A stretch of DNA of 64,000 nt from Candidatus Blackburnbacteria bacterium (GTDB lineage: Bacteria; Patescibacteriota; Microgenomatia; UBA8517; UBA10165). Shown in pieces: positions 28,003 to 37,795 of this stretch. How positions within the stretch are numbered: position 1 is the stretch's first letter; every line of letters begins with the position of its first letter. The notes beneath the pieces are model-generated. The model saw only the letters and a program-made list of their open reading frames with translations, searched no databases and was not told the origin of the DNA. The stretch spans positions 614,479 to 678,478 of the forward strand of contig JACPEJ010000001.1 in the NCBI GenBank assembly GCA_016183565.1. The letters are read 5' to 3'. Position numbers and translations under genes: made by a program.

Positions 28003-28803
28003 ATGGCTGGTCTACAAGAAAGACTACGCCGATGTTTTCTCGGTGAACCACAGCAGCCGCCCATAAAAAGACTTCGCCCTCCGTCTGGCCTTCCCGGCGG
28101 ATCTTCTCTAGCTGATCAAGTACGACTTGCAGTTGAAGCGGCTCTAGCCCAACAAGAAGAATCGCGTAGACAAACAATCGCCGAACAGCAAAGAGTTGTT
28201 GCAGAACAAGAAAGAATCGAGAGAGAAAAAAAAGAGCAAATACATCGTCACGAAGAGGAAATAAAAATTGCCTTGCAAAATGGATTCTGTACTCTGGGTG
28301 TATCAGAAACACTCCGAGATGTACAACAAAATATCTGGAAAGCCGGAGAAGTGACTAGCCAACAACTTTGTCGGATTTCTGTTGATTCGGGAGATATTTG
28401 GGTAGATCTAGTCTTTGAATATCCTACTGCTACAACAGGTGCGTATACAGTACATACCGGTCTTTATTCTAGTGATACTAGATATAGTCCCTCTATTTAC
28501 ATGATGTCGACATTCTTTAGAATTGCACTTAACGCAAAGAGAGAAGATGACCAAATTATCTTAAGATATGGTGAAACAATAGTTACTCCAGACGAAGATG
28601 GGAAAACATTGTTCCAACAGCTGTTACAACAAGATATAGTAGAGGACACTAGGCAGAGATTCCTCAACGGAGAACTACCTTTGTCCAAATTGGTAGCAAA
28701 AGGTCAAATGCAAATATCTGAAGCGGTGTACATTGCAAGAAAGCATCACGAACCGATAGAAGATAAGACTAACACAGGAAATATAGTAAAAAAGTGGGGT
28801 TAA
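28003..28803 (+). CDS. Hypothetical protein (266 aa; ORF open from 27865), coiled-coil N-terminus
   Basis: ORF at about 46% GC. Contains AEQQRVVAEQERIEREKKEQI. No family was recognised. Confidence 0.4.
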   Translation: MAGLQERLRRCFLGEPQQPPIKRLRPPSGLPGGSSLADQVRLAVEAALAQQEESRRQTIAEQQRVVAEQERIEREKKEQIHRHEEEIKIALQNGFCTLGVSETLRDVQQNIWKAGEVTSQQLCRISVDSGDIWVDLVFEYPTATTGAYTVHTGLYSSDTRYSPSIYMMSTFFRIALNAKREDDQIILRYGETIVTPDEDGKTLFQQLLQQDIVEDTRQRFLNGELPLSKLVAKGQMQISEAVYIARKHHEPIEDKTNTGNIVKKWG

Positions 28804-28823
28804 ATTGATTAAATCCTATACGT

Positions 28824-29441
28824 ATGGTCTCATGGGTTGAAGCAGCCAGAAGTGTAATTCGAAGAAGGCGAAAGGAAATACTGCTCTTCCATAACACTCG
28901 TTTTAATAGAAAAGAAAGACACTTTTTGATAACACTTCTTAGACGTGTCGATGATACCAAAAATAACACATTCCCCCACATAGAGTTTTTGGCTCTTCTT
29001 GTTGGTGGCACTGTCACAGGCATTCACAAGAAACCTCCAGAAGAAAGAGATTTAGATATTGTTATTAATTTTTCTGCTGAAACAGGGAGTAGAGAAAGGC
29101 TTTCTTTGATTTGCGAAATAGAACAATGCATCACTCAAGTGCTTTGCGCAGCAGGTTTAGCTTATGTTCAACACTCAGGTACCTTAGGACCAGTATCAAA
29201 CGGATTTGAGAATTATAAAGGATGGGCTTTGATCGAATTGGAGTTCGAAGGTAAAAAACACCCTGTCATGTCATTACTGGACGGCGTGCCAGAACTAAGG
29301 TTTGTTACAACCAAACCCCGGGGGGCAAGACCATTTGACATTATTATCCCAGGTCTCGATTACCTTGATATGGATACTCAATTAGAATTACTTGTCAACG
29401 AAGGCAAAGCCTTTGAAATCCTTTACGACTCCAGAAAGTAA
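28824..29441 (+). CDS. Putative nucleotidyltransferase-fold protein (Pol-beta superfamily signature)
   Basis: LVGG-x13-DLDIVI fits the hG[GS]-x9-13-Dh[DE]h NTase motif. Acidic residues lie downstream. Otherwise unrecognised. Confidence 0.4.
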   Translation: MVSWVEAARSVIRRRRKEILLFHNTRFNRKERHFLITLLRRVDDTKNNTFPHIEFLALLVGGTVTGIHKKPPEERDLDIVINFSAETGSRERLSLICEIEQCITQVLCAAGLAYVQHSGTLGPVSNGFENYKGWALIELEFEGKKHPVMSLLDGVPELRFVTTKPRGARPFDIIIPGLDYLDMDTQLELLVNEGKAFEILYDSRK

Positions 29442-29509
29442 AGGTGAAGCCTTCAACTGCCCTCTCTACTTGTCCCATATACCTTATTTATGCTAAACTT
29501 CAATTTGCA

Positions 29510-29680
29510 ATGGCACCATTACCGAAGAGAAGACATACTAAATCAAGAACGGGCAAAAGACGAGCAAATAAGAAGCTCTTGTTGCCTAATTTATCCGCTT
29601 GTCCTTCATGTAAGAAGCTAAAAAGGCCGCATATGATTTGCCCACATTGTGGTTATTATGGTAAAGGCAATAGGCAATAG
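29510..29680 (+). CDS. rpmF: 50S ribosomal protein L32
   Basis: MAPLPKRRHTKSRTGKRRANKKL...CPSC...CPHCGYYG. Confidence 0.8.
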   Translation: MAPLPKRRHTKSRTGKRRANKKLLLPNLSACPSCKKLKRPHMICPHCGYYGKGNRQ

Positions 29681-29695
29681 GAGCCTATTATTTCC

Positions 29696-30079
29696 ATGAA
29701 GGCAGCTAATGATCCCCGACACCAAAGACGCAGAAATGCTGTACGAGAACTCTTTGCAGTTTCCTTCAATAAAAACCAGACAGTAAGTGATTTGGCTCGG
29801 GAAATTACCAGACAAGAAGATCAACTTGATGGATTGATCTCAATAAATGCTCCAGAATGGCCTCTTGATAAATTGAACAGGGTGGACTTGGCAATTTTAC
29901 AGTTAGCGGTTTACGAGTTGACTATTGAGAAGAAAGAGCCGGTGAAGGTGGTTATTGATGAAGCGGTTGAATTGGCAAAAGAAATGGGTAGTGAGAATTC
30001 TCCTGGTTTTGTAAACGGAGTATTGGGTAGTATTGTTAAGGGGCAGTCTAGTGAGGGGAGTGAGAAACAAAATGGATAG
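29696..30079 (+). CDS. nusB: Transcription antitermination factor NusB
   Basis: RRRNAVRELFAV...LDKLNRVDLAILQLAVYEL...VIDEAVELAKE. Confidence 0.8.
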   Translation: MKAANDPRHQRRRNAVRELFAVSFNKNQTVSDLAREITRQEDQLDGLISINAPEWPLDKLNRVDLAILQLAVYELTIEKKEPVKVVIDEAVELAKEMGSENSPGFVNGVLGSIVKGQSSEGSEKQNG

Positions 30080-30770
30080 CCCAAATGAACAACCATCAGT
30101 TGAACAAAGACTAGGTATTACCTTTAAGGACAAAGGTCTTCTTCATCGTGCTTTTGTGCATCGCTCGTACCTTAACGAAAATAAAAATGAAACAGAATCA
30201 AACGAGAGGTTGGAATTTTTAGGGGATGCTGTTTTAGAGTTTGTTGTGTCCGAGCATCTTTTTGTGAAATTCCCGAATCAAGATGAGGGGCATTTGACAG
30301 CTTTGAGATCAAGATTGGTGAACACAACTTCTCTTGCTGAAACTGCAAGGGAACTGGGCGCAGGGGAGGCTCTTTTCCTTTCGCGCGGTGAGGAACAAAG
30401 CGGAGGTCGTACAAATCGAACGCTTCTTGCAAACACATTAGAGGCAATCATTGGGGCCATTTTTATAGACCAGGGTGTAGGGAGTGCTCGTGATTTTATA
30501 GATCGGTTTATAATCAAAAAGATTCCTGAGACGATGAAGACTTCTCTTAAGGATCCAAAGAGTTTGTTACAAGAGTTTGTACAAGCAAATAGTTATCCGG
30601 CTCCAATTTACAGGGTTCTTTCGGAAGAAGGTCCAGATCATGCTAAAGAATTCACCGTTGAGGTTTGGATTGACAAGAAACCCTATGCTATTGGACGCGG
30701 ATCGAGTAAAAAAACAGCAACACAGAGCGCTGCCGAGGAAGCTTTGAAGATTTGGAACCACGGGAAGTAA
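30072..30770 (+). CDS. rnc: Ribonuclease III
   Basis: ERLEFLGDAVLEFVVSEHLF signature plus a C-terminal dsRBD. The ORF is open from 30033. Confidence 0.9.
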   Translation: MDSPNEQPSVEQRLGITFKDKGLLHRAFVHRSYLNENKNETESNERLEFLGDAVLEFVVSEHLFVKFPNQDEGHLTALRSRLVNTTSLAETARELGAGEALFLSRGEEQSGGRTNRTLLANTLEAIIGAIFIDQGVGSARDFIDRFIIKKIPETMKTSLKDPKSLLQEFVQANSYPAPIYRVLSEEGPDHAKEFTVEVWIDKKPYAIGRGSSKKTATQSAAEEALKIWNHGK

Positions 30771-30811
30771 ACTTTTGCCTCCTGTAATTACTTTGTGGTA
30801 AAATACTTACC

Positions 30812-31036
30812 ATGTTAGCTATACGACTAATGCAGACGGGGAAAAAGCACGATCGACACTACAGAATTGTAGTTGCTGAGAAGCGTTCAAAGCGCGATGG
30901 TAAGATGGTTGCACAGGTTGGTTATTGGAGTCCGCGTGAGAAAAAATTATCTGTAGATCAAAAGAAGTATCAACTTTGGATAACTAAAGGAGCTCAGCCA
31001 ACTCAGACTGTGAGAAAACTCATCAGGTTAATTTGA
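30812..31036 (+). CDS. rpsP: 30S ribosomal protein S16
   Basis: MLAIRLMQTGKKHDRHYRIVVAEKRSKRDGK. Confidence 0.85.
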   Translation: MLAIRLMQTGKKHDRHYRIVVAEKRSKRDGKMVAQVGYWSPREKKLSVDQKKYQLWITKGAQPTQTVRKLIRLI

Positions 31037-31272
31037 CCATGGAAGAACTTCTAAAATATATAACAACTCAGATAACTGGAAATGAGGACATTGCCATTGA
31101 TGAGTCGGAGTCAGATGGAATTAGAATTTATACGATTAAAGCTCCTAAAGAGGTGATGGGTTTATTGATAGGCAAAGAAGGTCGTACTATCCGCGCCATA
31201 CGGCTTCTTGCCCGGGCACGTGCTATTAAAGAAAAAACAAATATTCGGGTTGAACTTCAAGAGCGAGACTAA
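31033..31272 (+). CDS. KH-domain RNA-binding protein (YlqC-like)
   Basis: LLIGKEGRTIRAIRLLARA. The gene follows rpsP, as is typical. Confidence 0.75.
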   Translation: MTMEELLKYITTQITGNEDIAIDESESDGIRIYTIKAPKEVMGLLIGKEGRTIRAIRLLARARAIKEKTNIRVELQERD

Positions 31273-31316
31273 GAGATACAGACACAGATATAGATACAGA
31301 AAGCACAGATTGGGAT

Positions 31317-32003
31317 CTACTGTGTGAAGGGGTTTTCCCTACCTTCTGGACTGAGAGGAGTAAGAGCTTCGGAGGACTTTTTCTCAAGCTGGCTTAGTTG
31401 TTTTAATACCTCTTTTTCAGCGTTGGTTATATTTTCAAAAGACTGGTCCGCGGGGGGGAGTTTATCTGGCAATTTGCTCCAAAAAGCCGAGAGGCCAAGT
31501 TTTAGACTGACATTGTCGTTTGAGCCATCCATTCTGATATCTGAAATTTGGATTAGCGGTGCAGATTTTTGAAGACGTCTTAAAAACGACAAAATATTAG
31601 GTAATGGTCCTTGTAGATCAAAAGTTAGACTAACTGTTTTTAGTTTAGATTGATTTGTATTGCCACTTGCGGATTCCAGTTCTTTGACTTGAATATTTTC
31701 TTTTAATGCAAGATCGCGGATGCTGGAACTTCCGAAAAGTGTAGGATCTTCGTCGGGAATCGCAAGGACTGAGGCATTAACATTTGAGACGAGTTCGTTT
31801 TGTTTTAGAGAAGAAAGCACTTCTTTTTTATTTTTAAGCATAATGTTTTTTTCGTTGGCTTCGTTAATAGCAGTCCTTGCGTCAAGAAGTTTGGTAACCA
31901 TACTACGCGTGAGAGTTGTGGACAAAATTACTACAACCAGAAGAACTATGAGAGGCAGCACAAGAGGTTTATGTTCAGCTGGAATCGAAAAATCAAGTTT
32001 CAT
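31317..32003 (-). CDS. Type IV pilus assembly protein, PilO-like
   Basis: TM helix plus a coiled coil, downstream of pilN in the same operon. Confidence 0.45.
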   Translation of the reverse strand: MKLDFSIPAEHKPLVLPLIVLLVVVILSTTLTRSMVTKLLDARTAINEANEKNIMLKNKKEVLSSLKQNELVSNVNASVLAIPDEDPTLFGSSSIRDLALKENIQVKELESASGNTNQSKLKTVSLTFDLQGPLPNILSFLRRLQKSAPLIQISDIRMDGSNDNVSLKLGLSAFWSKLPDKLPPADQSFENITNAEKEVLKQLSQLEKKSSEALTPLSPEGRENPFTQ

Positions 32004-32005
32004 GT

Positions 32006-32545
32006 TTATTTAATTCTTAATGAAATGTTGTAGTTTCCACTAGTTCCCAAAGATATGCTTTCTAAATCAACTGTCGCAAATTGTTTGCTCTTTAAGACTT
32101 CAATAAGTTTGGTTACTGCCTCGGAATCTTGTGCTTTTAAGCTTAGCTTAATTCCTCCACCTTCTGTGTCAGCGCTTGTTGCTGAGACTGAGGATGGTAG
32201 GGAAGTAACAACATCGTCCAATAGTTTTCCCGGGGAGGAGGGTGAATCAGAAATAATTGTTTTTGCCAACCCTGCCCGGTTTTTTGCAGCTTGAACTAAA
32301 CCTTCGATTTTTCCTAACTTACTAATATCTTGCACCAGGGCTTGTTGAGTGGAGTCAACTTCGGCTTTTTTTCTACCAACAAAAATTTGCAGACCTGCGA
32401 GAACTAGTATAAGAAAAACATACACAAATAAAACTGCCAAGCTTGTACGAGTTACTTTGTTTATAATCTTCTTTTGCTTTGACTCACCTTGGTTTGTAAG
32501 AAGATTAATTTTGTCGGTAGCAGTTTTAGTTGTTCCTGGTGCCAT
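32006..32545 (-). CDS. pilN: Type IV pilus assembly protein PilN
   Basis: INLL motif near the N-terminus and a single TM helix. Positioned between pilM and pilO. Confidence 0.6.
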   Translation of the reverse strand: MAPGTTKTATDKINLLTNQGESKQKKIINKVTRTSLAVLFVYVFLILVLAGLQIFVGRKKAEVDSTQQALVQDISKLGKIEGLVQAAKNRAGLAKTIISDSPSSPGKLLDDVVTSLPSSVSATSADTEGGGIKLSLKAQDSEAVTKLIEVLKSKQFATVDLESISLGTSGNYNISLRIK

Positions 32546-32552
32546 GGCAGCT

Positions 32553-33572
32553 TTATTCTTGCGCTAATCCTATCGCTACGCCATAAAGTGGCGCAAAGGC
32601 AGCAAAGGTTTTCTCTATTCTCCCATCTTTTGCTATTTTGGAGAAAGGATCTCCGATTACAACTTCCATACCTAGGATATTAGCCAAAAATGGTACTACT
32701 TCCGGCATTCCAGCTGTACCGCCAGTTAATATTAGGGAGCTTATTGAATTGTTATCGCCGGCTTCGGTTTTGTAATACTGAATTGCTTTTTTAACCTCGT
32801 CTGCTATAACCCGTAAGACTGGGCTAAGTGCTTCGGCAACTTTGCCTTCTGCGGTACCAGTGTTTAGACCATAGGCTTTTTTATATTCTTCAGCTTGCTG
32901 TATGTTCATGCCAAGGGAAGATGCAACAGCTCTTGTTAAAGCTTCGCCTCCAGTTGGAACGGAATGACTTATTACAAGTTGACCATCTCTGACAATTGCA
33001 ACAGAGCTTGAAGTTGCGCCAAAATCCGCAACTACGACTGTTTGGCCTTTTGGAGCAATAGCGCGTACAAGTGCCAGGAGTTCTGTCTCAACCATGGTAA
33101 CTGTTAGACCAGCAAGAGTTGCAACTTTGGCATATTTTTGAACTAGAGTTTTAGGGGCAGCTACCAAAAGTACTTCCACACCGCCAGGTTTGTTACCTTG
33201 GGGTTCTGTTCTGCCTATGACTTGGTAGTCAATACTGGCTTCAGCAACAGGAATTGGGATATAAGGTTCAGCTTGCCAAGAAATTGCTGAATCAATTTCT
33301 TTATCGGTAAGATAGGGGAGTTTGATAAATGGAGTAAATACCTTGTTTTCCGGTAATGCTACGTTAACGTTTCGTACGGTGGCTTTAATTTCTGTAAAAA
33401 GTTTTTTGACAGCTTCAGCTACTAGCCCCAGGTCTTGTTCGGTAGCTGATGGCACATCGGCAACGGGGGAAGATGTAATACCTGCTGCCAGAAGAGAATA
33501 TTTGTCACCAGCTTTTTCAAGCTGGACTAGTTTGATTGATTTGGAACCTATATCAAGTCCTAGGATGGGCAT
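32553..33572 (-). CDS. pilM: Type IV pilus assembly protein PilM (actin-like ATPase fold)
   Basis: MPILGLDIGSKSIKLV... and conserved PilM/FtsA-like blocks. Confidence 0.8.
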   Translation of the reverse strand: MPILGLDIGSKSIKLVQLEKAGDKYSLLAAGITSSPVADVPSATEQDLGLVAEAVKKLFTEIKATVRNVNVALPENKVFTPFIKLPYLTDKEIDSAISWQAEPYIPIPVAEASIDYQVIGRTEPQGNKPGGVEVLLVAAPKTLVQKYAKVATLAGLTVTMVETELLALVRAIAPKGQTVVVADFGATSSSVAIVRDGQLVISHSVPTGGEALTRAVASSLGMNIQQAEEYKKAYGLNTGTAEGKVAEALSPVLRVIADEVKKAIQYYKTEAGDNNSISSLILTGGTAGMPEVVPFLANILGMEVVIGDPFSKIAKDGRIEKTFAAFAPLYGVAIGLAQE

Positions 33573-33582
33573 GGCAGGGAAC

Positions 33583-34491
33583 TTACTTTGTTATTGATCC
33601 TGAGCCGGAAAAGATACTAAAGTCAAAAACTGGTGGGAGATCGGCATATAATCTGTTAACAATTATTTTTCTATTAGCATCTCCGGCAGTACCAACTGAC
33701 TCTATTTTAGTACCTTGTTGGGGTAAAACGCTACCATTGTTTTGGGAGAAGTTGACTGAAACTCCGAAGGGGTGATCCCCACCAATGTTATAGAGCATGC
33801 GCAAGCGTATTTGATATGGACCTGTTGTGGAATTTGCACTTGGCCTTGCAGTAACACCCAGGGAACTTAGATCAATTTCTTTGCTAAAGGCAAATTGTTT
33901 TCCGTCGAGCGAGCAGGCTCCATCAGCAGCAGTAAATCTGTTGTCGTTAGTGCGAGAACTGTTTGGGTCAAAGGCAAGACGCGCAATTTTTGCCGTTGCA
34001 AAATTTCCTCCGGAGCTGAGATAGAACACGCTTGTTTCCAAGGCTGGGGTTGTAGGGTCTGAGGCAGAAGTATTAGGATCGCCCCAACAAACTTTTATGC
34101 GGGTACCTGTAAAACAATGATTTGAGCCATCACAAATAATGTTGTTACTTGAGTCGTGGGCTACTAACCACACTGCTCCGGATTCGCCAGAATCTAAGCG
34201 AAGTGGGACTGCAAAGTCTAACGCCCCTTGCGCAAGGCCTGTTGGTTGAGCTTGGTACGTAGCTCCGGTTGACGCAAGTGACCCGGATATAATTCCACCA
34301 GTCCCAGAAATTAATGCTTTTTCAATGCCGGCCTCTGCTGCTGAGAAGGCCCTTAATGCCTCTTCTTCTTTTCTTGAGACTGTGATGTCAGTTATGGAGC
34401 GAGAAACAACTGACAAGGCAATTGTCAGAACAACCGACATTATGAGAAGGACTACAATTAAAGCTTGGCCAGATTCTTTTCTTTTGTGCAC
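33583..34491 (-). CDS. PilX N-terminal domain-containing minor pilin/assembly protein
   Basis: SGQALIVVLLIMSVVLTIALSVVSRS...ALRAFSAAEAGIEKA matches the PilX_N pattern. Confidence 0.5.
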   Translation of the reverse strand: MHKRKESGQALIVVLLIMSVVLTIALSVVSRSITDITVSRKEEEALRAFSAAEAGIEKALISGTGGIISGSLASTGATYQAQPTGLAQGALDFAVPLRLDSGESGAVWLVAHDSSNNIICDGSNHCFTGTRIKVCWGDPNTSASDPTTPALETSVFYLSSGGNFATAKIARLAFDPNSSRTNDNRFTAADGACSLDGKQFAFSKEIDLSSLGVTARPSANSTTGPYQIRLRMLYNIGGDHPFGVSVNFSQNNGSVLPQQGTKIESVGTAGDANRKIIVNRLYADLPPVFDFSIFSGSGSITK

Positions 34492-34626
34492 TGCACTTCA
34501 AATGTAACAGCAAGACTCGAGTAATGTCAATGCAATTGAAAATTTTGTTAGAAAACTTCGTTAGCGATTGACTTTTTTGCGGCAAATTATTAATATCTTA
34601 AACAAACAATTTTAAATTCCAAAACT

Positions 34627-35280
34627 ATGGGGAGTCGCTTTGAGATCGAACAAAAATTAGGTACTCCATTAGGAGAAAGAGGTAGTGACCGGAAAAGTGT
34701 AGCTCAAGCATTTCGGAAAAAAGGCTTGGCAGGTTTAAATCCTACTTCAATATCAAGATTGAAAGCAGGTATGATATCAGGAGAGAGAACTAATTGGAGA
34801 TTAGATGCTTCAAGAGTTCTAGAAGAAGATAATGCTGGCTTAAAAAATCTATTTTATGAGCAGATTGCTCAGGTAGGAGTTTCTGAAAGAAGATTTAATA
34901 CATCTCCCCAAAGAGCCCATATGTTAAAATCGGATCATTTCGTAGAAGATGTAGCAAGGGCTCTTGAACAAGATCCACAAGTTGTCAGGCGCTCTATTAG
35001 AGGTATGAGAGTGGACATGGTATTGGCTCAAGCTAGTTCTCCAAATACTACCCTACTCAGACAGTTTTTCGAGATAGCAGAGCGCCTTATTGACCATAAT
35101 TATAGACTCCCACCGAGTATGCGTTCACCAAGCGTGAATATATTAGATCAAGTTTGGGATCATGCAACGAGTGAGATAGTTGGATCAACAGGCATCGAGA
35201 TAGATGAAGGAGTTATAGAACAACACCGAAATATTCTTGTATATGGTCGTCCAGCCTATCACTCAAGCAGTAGGCAATGA
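34627..35280 (+). CDS. Hypothetical protein (217 aa), opposite strand inside the pilus cluster
   Basis: ORF with its own promoter-like TTGACT-17-TAATAT at 34579-34607. No family was recognised. Confidence 0.35.
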   Translation: MGSRFEIEQKLGTPLGERGSDRKSVAQAFRKKGLAGLNPTSISRLKAGMISGERTNWRLDASRVLEEDNAGLKNLFYEQIAQVGVSERRFNTSPQRAHMLKSDHFVEDVARALEQDPQVVRRSIRGMRVDMVLAQASSPNTTLLRQFFEIAERLIDHNYRLPPSMRSPSVNILDQVWDHATSEIVGSTGIEIDEGVIEQHRNILVYGRPAYHSSSRQ

Positions 35281-35492
35281 TTATTAAACAGGGGTGTCCA
35301 GCTACTCACGCAACGCAACACTTGATACTATGATTCGAATCATGGAAAAGGAGGAAAGAGGAAATCTTTTCTCAACTGATTTGTCTACTTCTACAACGCA
35401 CCAGATTATCTGAAACACTGATATACCGATACACCGATTTGCCGATCCACTAACACTCCGGCACACCGAGTTCTCTGACCCCCTAAGTAACT

Positions 35493-35984
35493 TCAATTCC
35501 TCAACAACACCCTCGTCCTTAAATTTAAGGACGATCGTTCCTCGACCCGGAGAGAAGAACCGGTTTTTTCTGAGAGTGTCATATTTATAAGAACTGCCTT
35601 GGGGTCATTTGAGGGATCACATGTTATGGAGCAGGAGGAAACCAAAACATCACTTGATGTTAACGTATCGCTTCCTGAAGTCACCCGACCATTATTGGTT
35701 CCAATGTCTATACAAGAGAAGGTGGTTGTGGTACCGAGAGGGTTTTTGTAGGTAACAATCTTTTCTGTAGCTTCACAGGAAATAGAGCGAGCATTGTGTA
35801 GTTGTCTCTCCATTGTTGAGATAACGTTTTCTCCATCTCTTTTTACTTTTGCAGTAACTTCACTTTTAGAGGCGCCCTTAAGAGCCGAGAACAGCATTTG
35901 GTTTGCAACCACTAGCACAATACCAAAGATTGTGATTACGACAAGGATTTCTATGAGGGTGAAGCCGTACTTTTTCGTTATCAT
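35493..35984 (-). CDS. Type IV pilin / pseudopilin (prepilin-type N-terminal cleavage/methylation domain)
   Basis: KKYGFTLIEILVVITIFGIV. Confidence 0.7.
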   Translation of the reverse strand: MITKKYGFTLIEILVVITIFGIVLVVANQMLFSALKGASKSEVTAKVKRDGENVISTMERQLHNARSISCEATEKIVTYKNPLGTTTTFSCIDIGTNNGRVTSGSDTLTSSDVLVSSCSITCDPSNDPKAVLINMTLSEKTGSSLRVEERSSLNLRTRVLLRN

Positions 35985-36409
35985 TTTTTCCAGTTAGTTA
36001 AGATCGTAGAAGTTCTTGATTCGTGTGTTCCGCGGCTGTCAGTCCACCCTACTTTTACATCAATCTGCACAGTATCATTGTCAATCCTGGTAAGGGTTGC
36101 TTCGCGTATAAAGGTATCTGCAATTTTGGAGGATTGGGGACAGTTGCCGCTAATGTTTAGAGTTAGAGTTTGCATGCATCGTACCGAACCATCTGCTTTT
36201 GAATAAATATTGTCCCAACCGCCATCTCTTTGCTGCCTGATCCATTCAACTGCTTCTTGACTGTACTTGTTTGCTTGGGCTTCACTTTGCGAAAAGCTAC
36301 TATTGCGGACAGAGAACGTTACGATGCTTACAATTCCTGTTATCAAAAGAGCAAGAACTCCTATGACAACTACCATTTCAATCAAAGTTTGACCGTGCTC
36401 TTTCTTCAT
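35981..36409 (-). CDS. Type IV pilin-like protein
   Basis: HGQTLIEMVVVIGVLALL prepilin N-terminus. Confidence 0.65.
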   Translation of the reverse strand: MKKEHGQTLIEMVVVIGVLALLITGIVSIVTFSVRNSSFSQSEAQANKYSQEAVEWIRQQRDGGWDNIYSKADGSVRCMQTLTLNISGNCPQSSKIADTFIREATLTRIDNDTVQIDVKVGWTDSRGTHESRTSTILTNWKK

Positions 36410-36879
36410 TGTCTTTCTAAAACTCCTTCCTTGCTTAAGGTAGCACTTATGGATCGACCAGAAGATGGCTGGTTAAGTTGAATAGTTAGGTTGCCGGAGA
36501 GATCAGTCCCTTGGGCTAAAACTTTAAAGAGAACCGTGGTTGGAGATGCAGAAAGAGTAATTCCTCCCGGTAAGGTAAATGTTCTGTTTGCAGACTGGAC
36601 AGTTCCCTGACAAACTGCGGCAACTGATAAATTGCCTGAATTCAGAGTAACCCTGTACCCATCAAGTGTATTTGTTCCACAACTTGTTGGCTTTTCGCCA
36701 GAAAGTGCAAATTGGCGGGCAAGGTTTAAATTTGAACGGAGTTCTTTGTATGAATTTTCCAAGGTTTGTCGTCTTGAAAACTCACGATAGCTTGCATAGC
36801 CACCAAAAAATAGAATGGTGGCGATCATAATGGCGATGAGGACCTCGATTAGGGTAAACCCCCTGTGTTTCCATTTCAT
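36406..36879 (-). CDS. Type IV pilin-like protein (ORF open to 36918)
   Basis: HRGFTLIEVLIAIMIA. Confidence 0.7.
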   Translation of the reverse strand: MKWKHRGFTLIEVLIAIMIATILFFGGYASYREFSRRQTLENSYKELRSNLNLARQFALSGEKPTSCGTNTLDGYRVTLNSGNLSVAAVCQGTVQSANRTFTLPGGITLSASPTTVLFKVLAQGTDLSGNLTIQLNQPSSGRSISATLSKEGVLERQ

Positions 36880-37334
36880 GGATTCGTTACTTTGTAGTTG
36901 CAGGTGGAAGTACCGCAATTTTCATTACTCCCATTGCAGTTAACAGTGCCAGATCCTTTTTCCAAATAAGCACAAAGATTGTAGGTTTTTTGGTCACCTG
37001 AGGCGTAGTATTGATATTGATACGAACCACCAGTTAATGGGTCAGCAGGAATAGATGAGAGATAGGTATTTGAGCTTGAACATGTAGATGGTGAACCATC
37101 CCCTACCAGTGGTTGCCCTGCTACAACGGCGCTTCTTGCTGGATAATCTCCGCAGTCGGTTCTGTAGATTTCTAACGCCGAGCGAATTTGTTCTAGGTCT
37201 CCTCTTCTTCTTGCATCTCGCCCCGATTTCCTAACAGAGCTATAAGCAACAGCAGAAAGCCCTATCAAGATACCTATAATAGTGATAACTACAAGAATTT
37301 CGATGAAGGTGAAACCACTTTTTTTCTTTATCAT
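36876..37334 (-). CDS. Type IV pilin (GspG/PilE-like)
   Basis: KKSGFTFIEILVVITIIGIL, then RDARRRGDLEQIRSALEIYRTDCGDYP. Confidence 0.75.
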   Translation of the reverse strand: MIKKKSGFTFIEILVVITIIGILIGLSAVAYSSVRKSGRDARRRGDLEQIRSALEIYRTDCGDYPARSAVVAGQPLVGDGSPSTCSSSNTYLSSIPADPLTGGSYQYQYYASGDQKTYNLCAYLEKGSGTVNCNGSNENCGTSTCNYKVTNP

Positions 37335-37795
37335 ATTGGGCAGCTCCCTCCTGAGACCGAAAAGCCTGTTTGCGATTTTTCACCAGATTTGCCATTAGAA
37401 CACATGACCCAGTAATTAGTCTTTGACTGGAGTTTTGCCCACAGAACCCAGCTTAAACCATTAGCATCCGATTGGTAGCTGTATTGATATGTATTGTCCT
37501 CAGTATATTTTTTATCCTCTAAGCACCCTGACATGTAAGACTCGAGTGGCCCACTGCCACTACACAGAGTATATGCTTTCACTGTTGTCGCTCTGACAGG
37601 GTAGAGTGAGCTGTTCTCTGCTGAATAATTCTCAAGTGCTACTTGATATTGCTTGATATCATTTTTGCGATTTGTGTCATTGCCTTTTTTAATTTGGGCA
37701 ACCGGATCAAATACAGAAATAAGCGTTGCTACTAGAATGCCAATAATTGTTATAACGATTAGGATTTCTACTAGGGTAAAGCCACGTTTATTCAT
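37331..37795 (-). CDS. Type IV pilin-like protein
   Basis: NKRGFTLVEILIVITIIGIL. Confidence 0.7.
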   Translation of the reverse strand: MNKRGFTLVEILIVITIIGILVATLISVFDPVAQIKKGNDTNRKNDIKQYQVALENYSAENSSLYPVRATTVKAYTLCSGSGPLESYMSGCLEDKKYTEDNTYQYSYQSDANGLSWVLWAKLQSKTNYWVMCSNGKSGEKSQTGFSVSGGSCPI

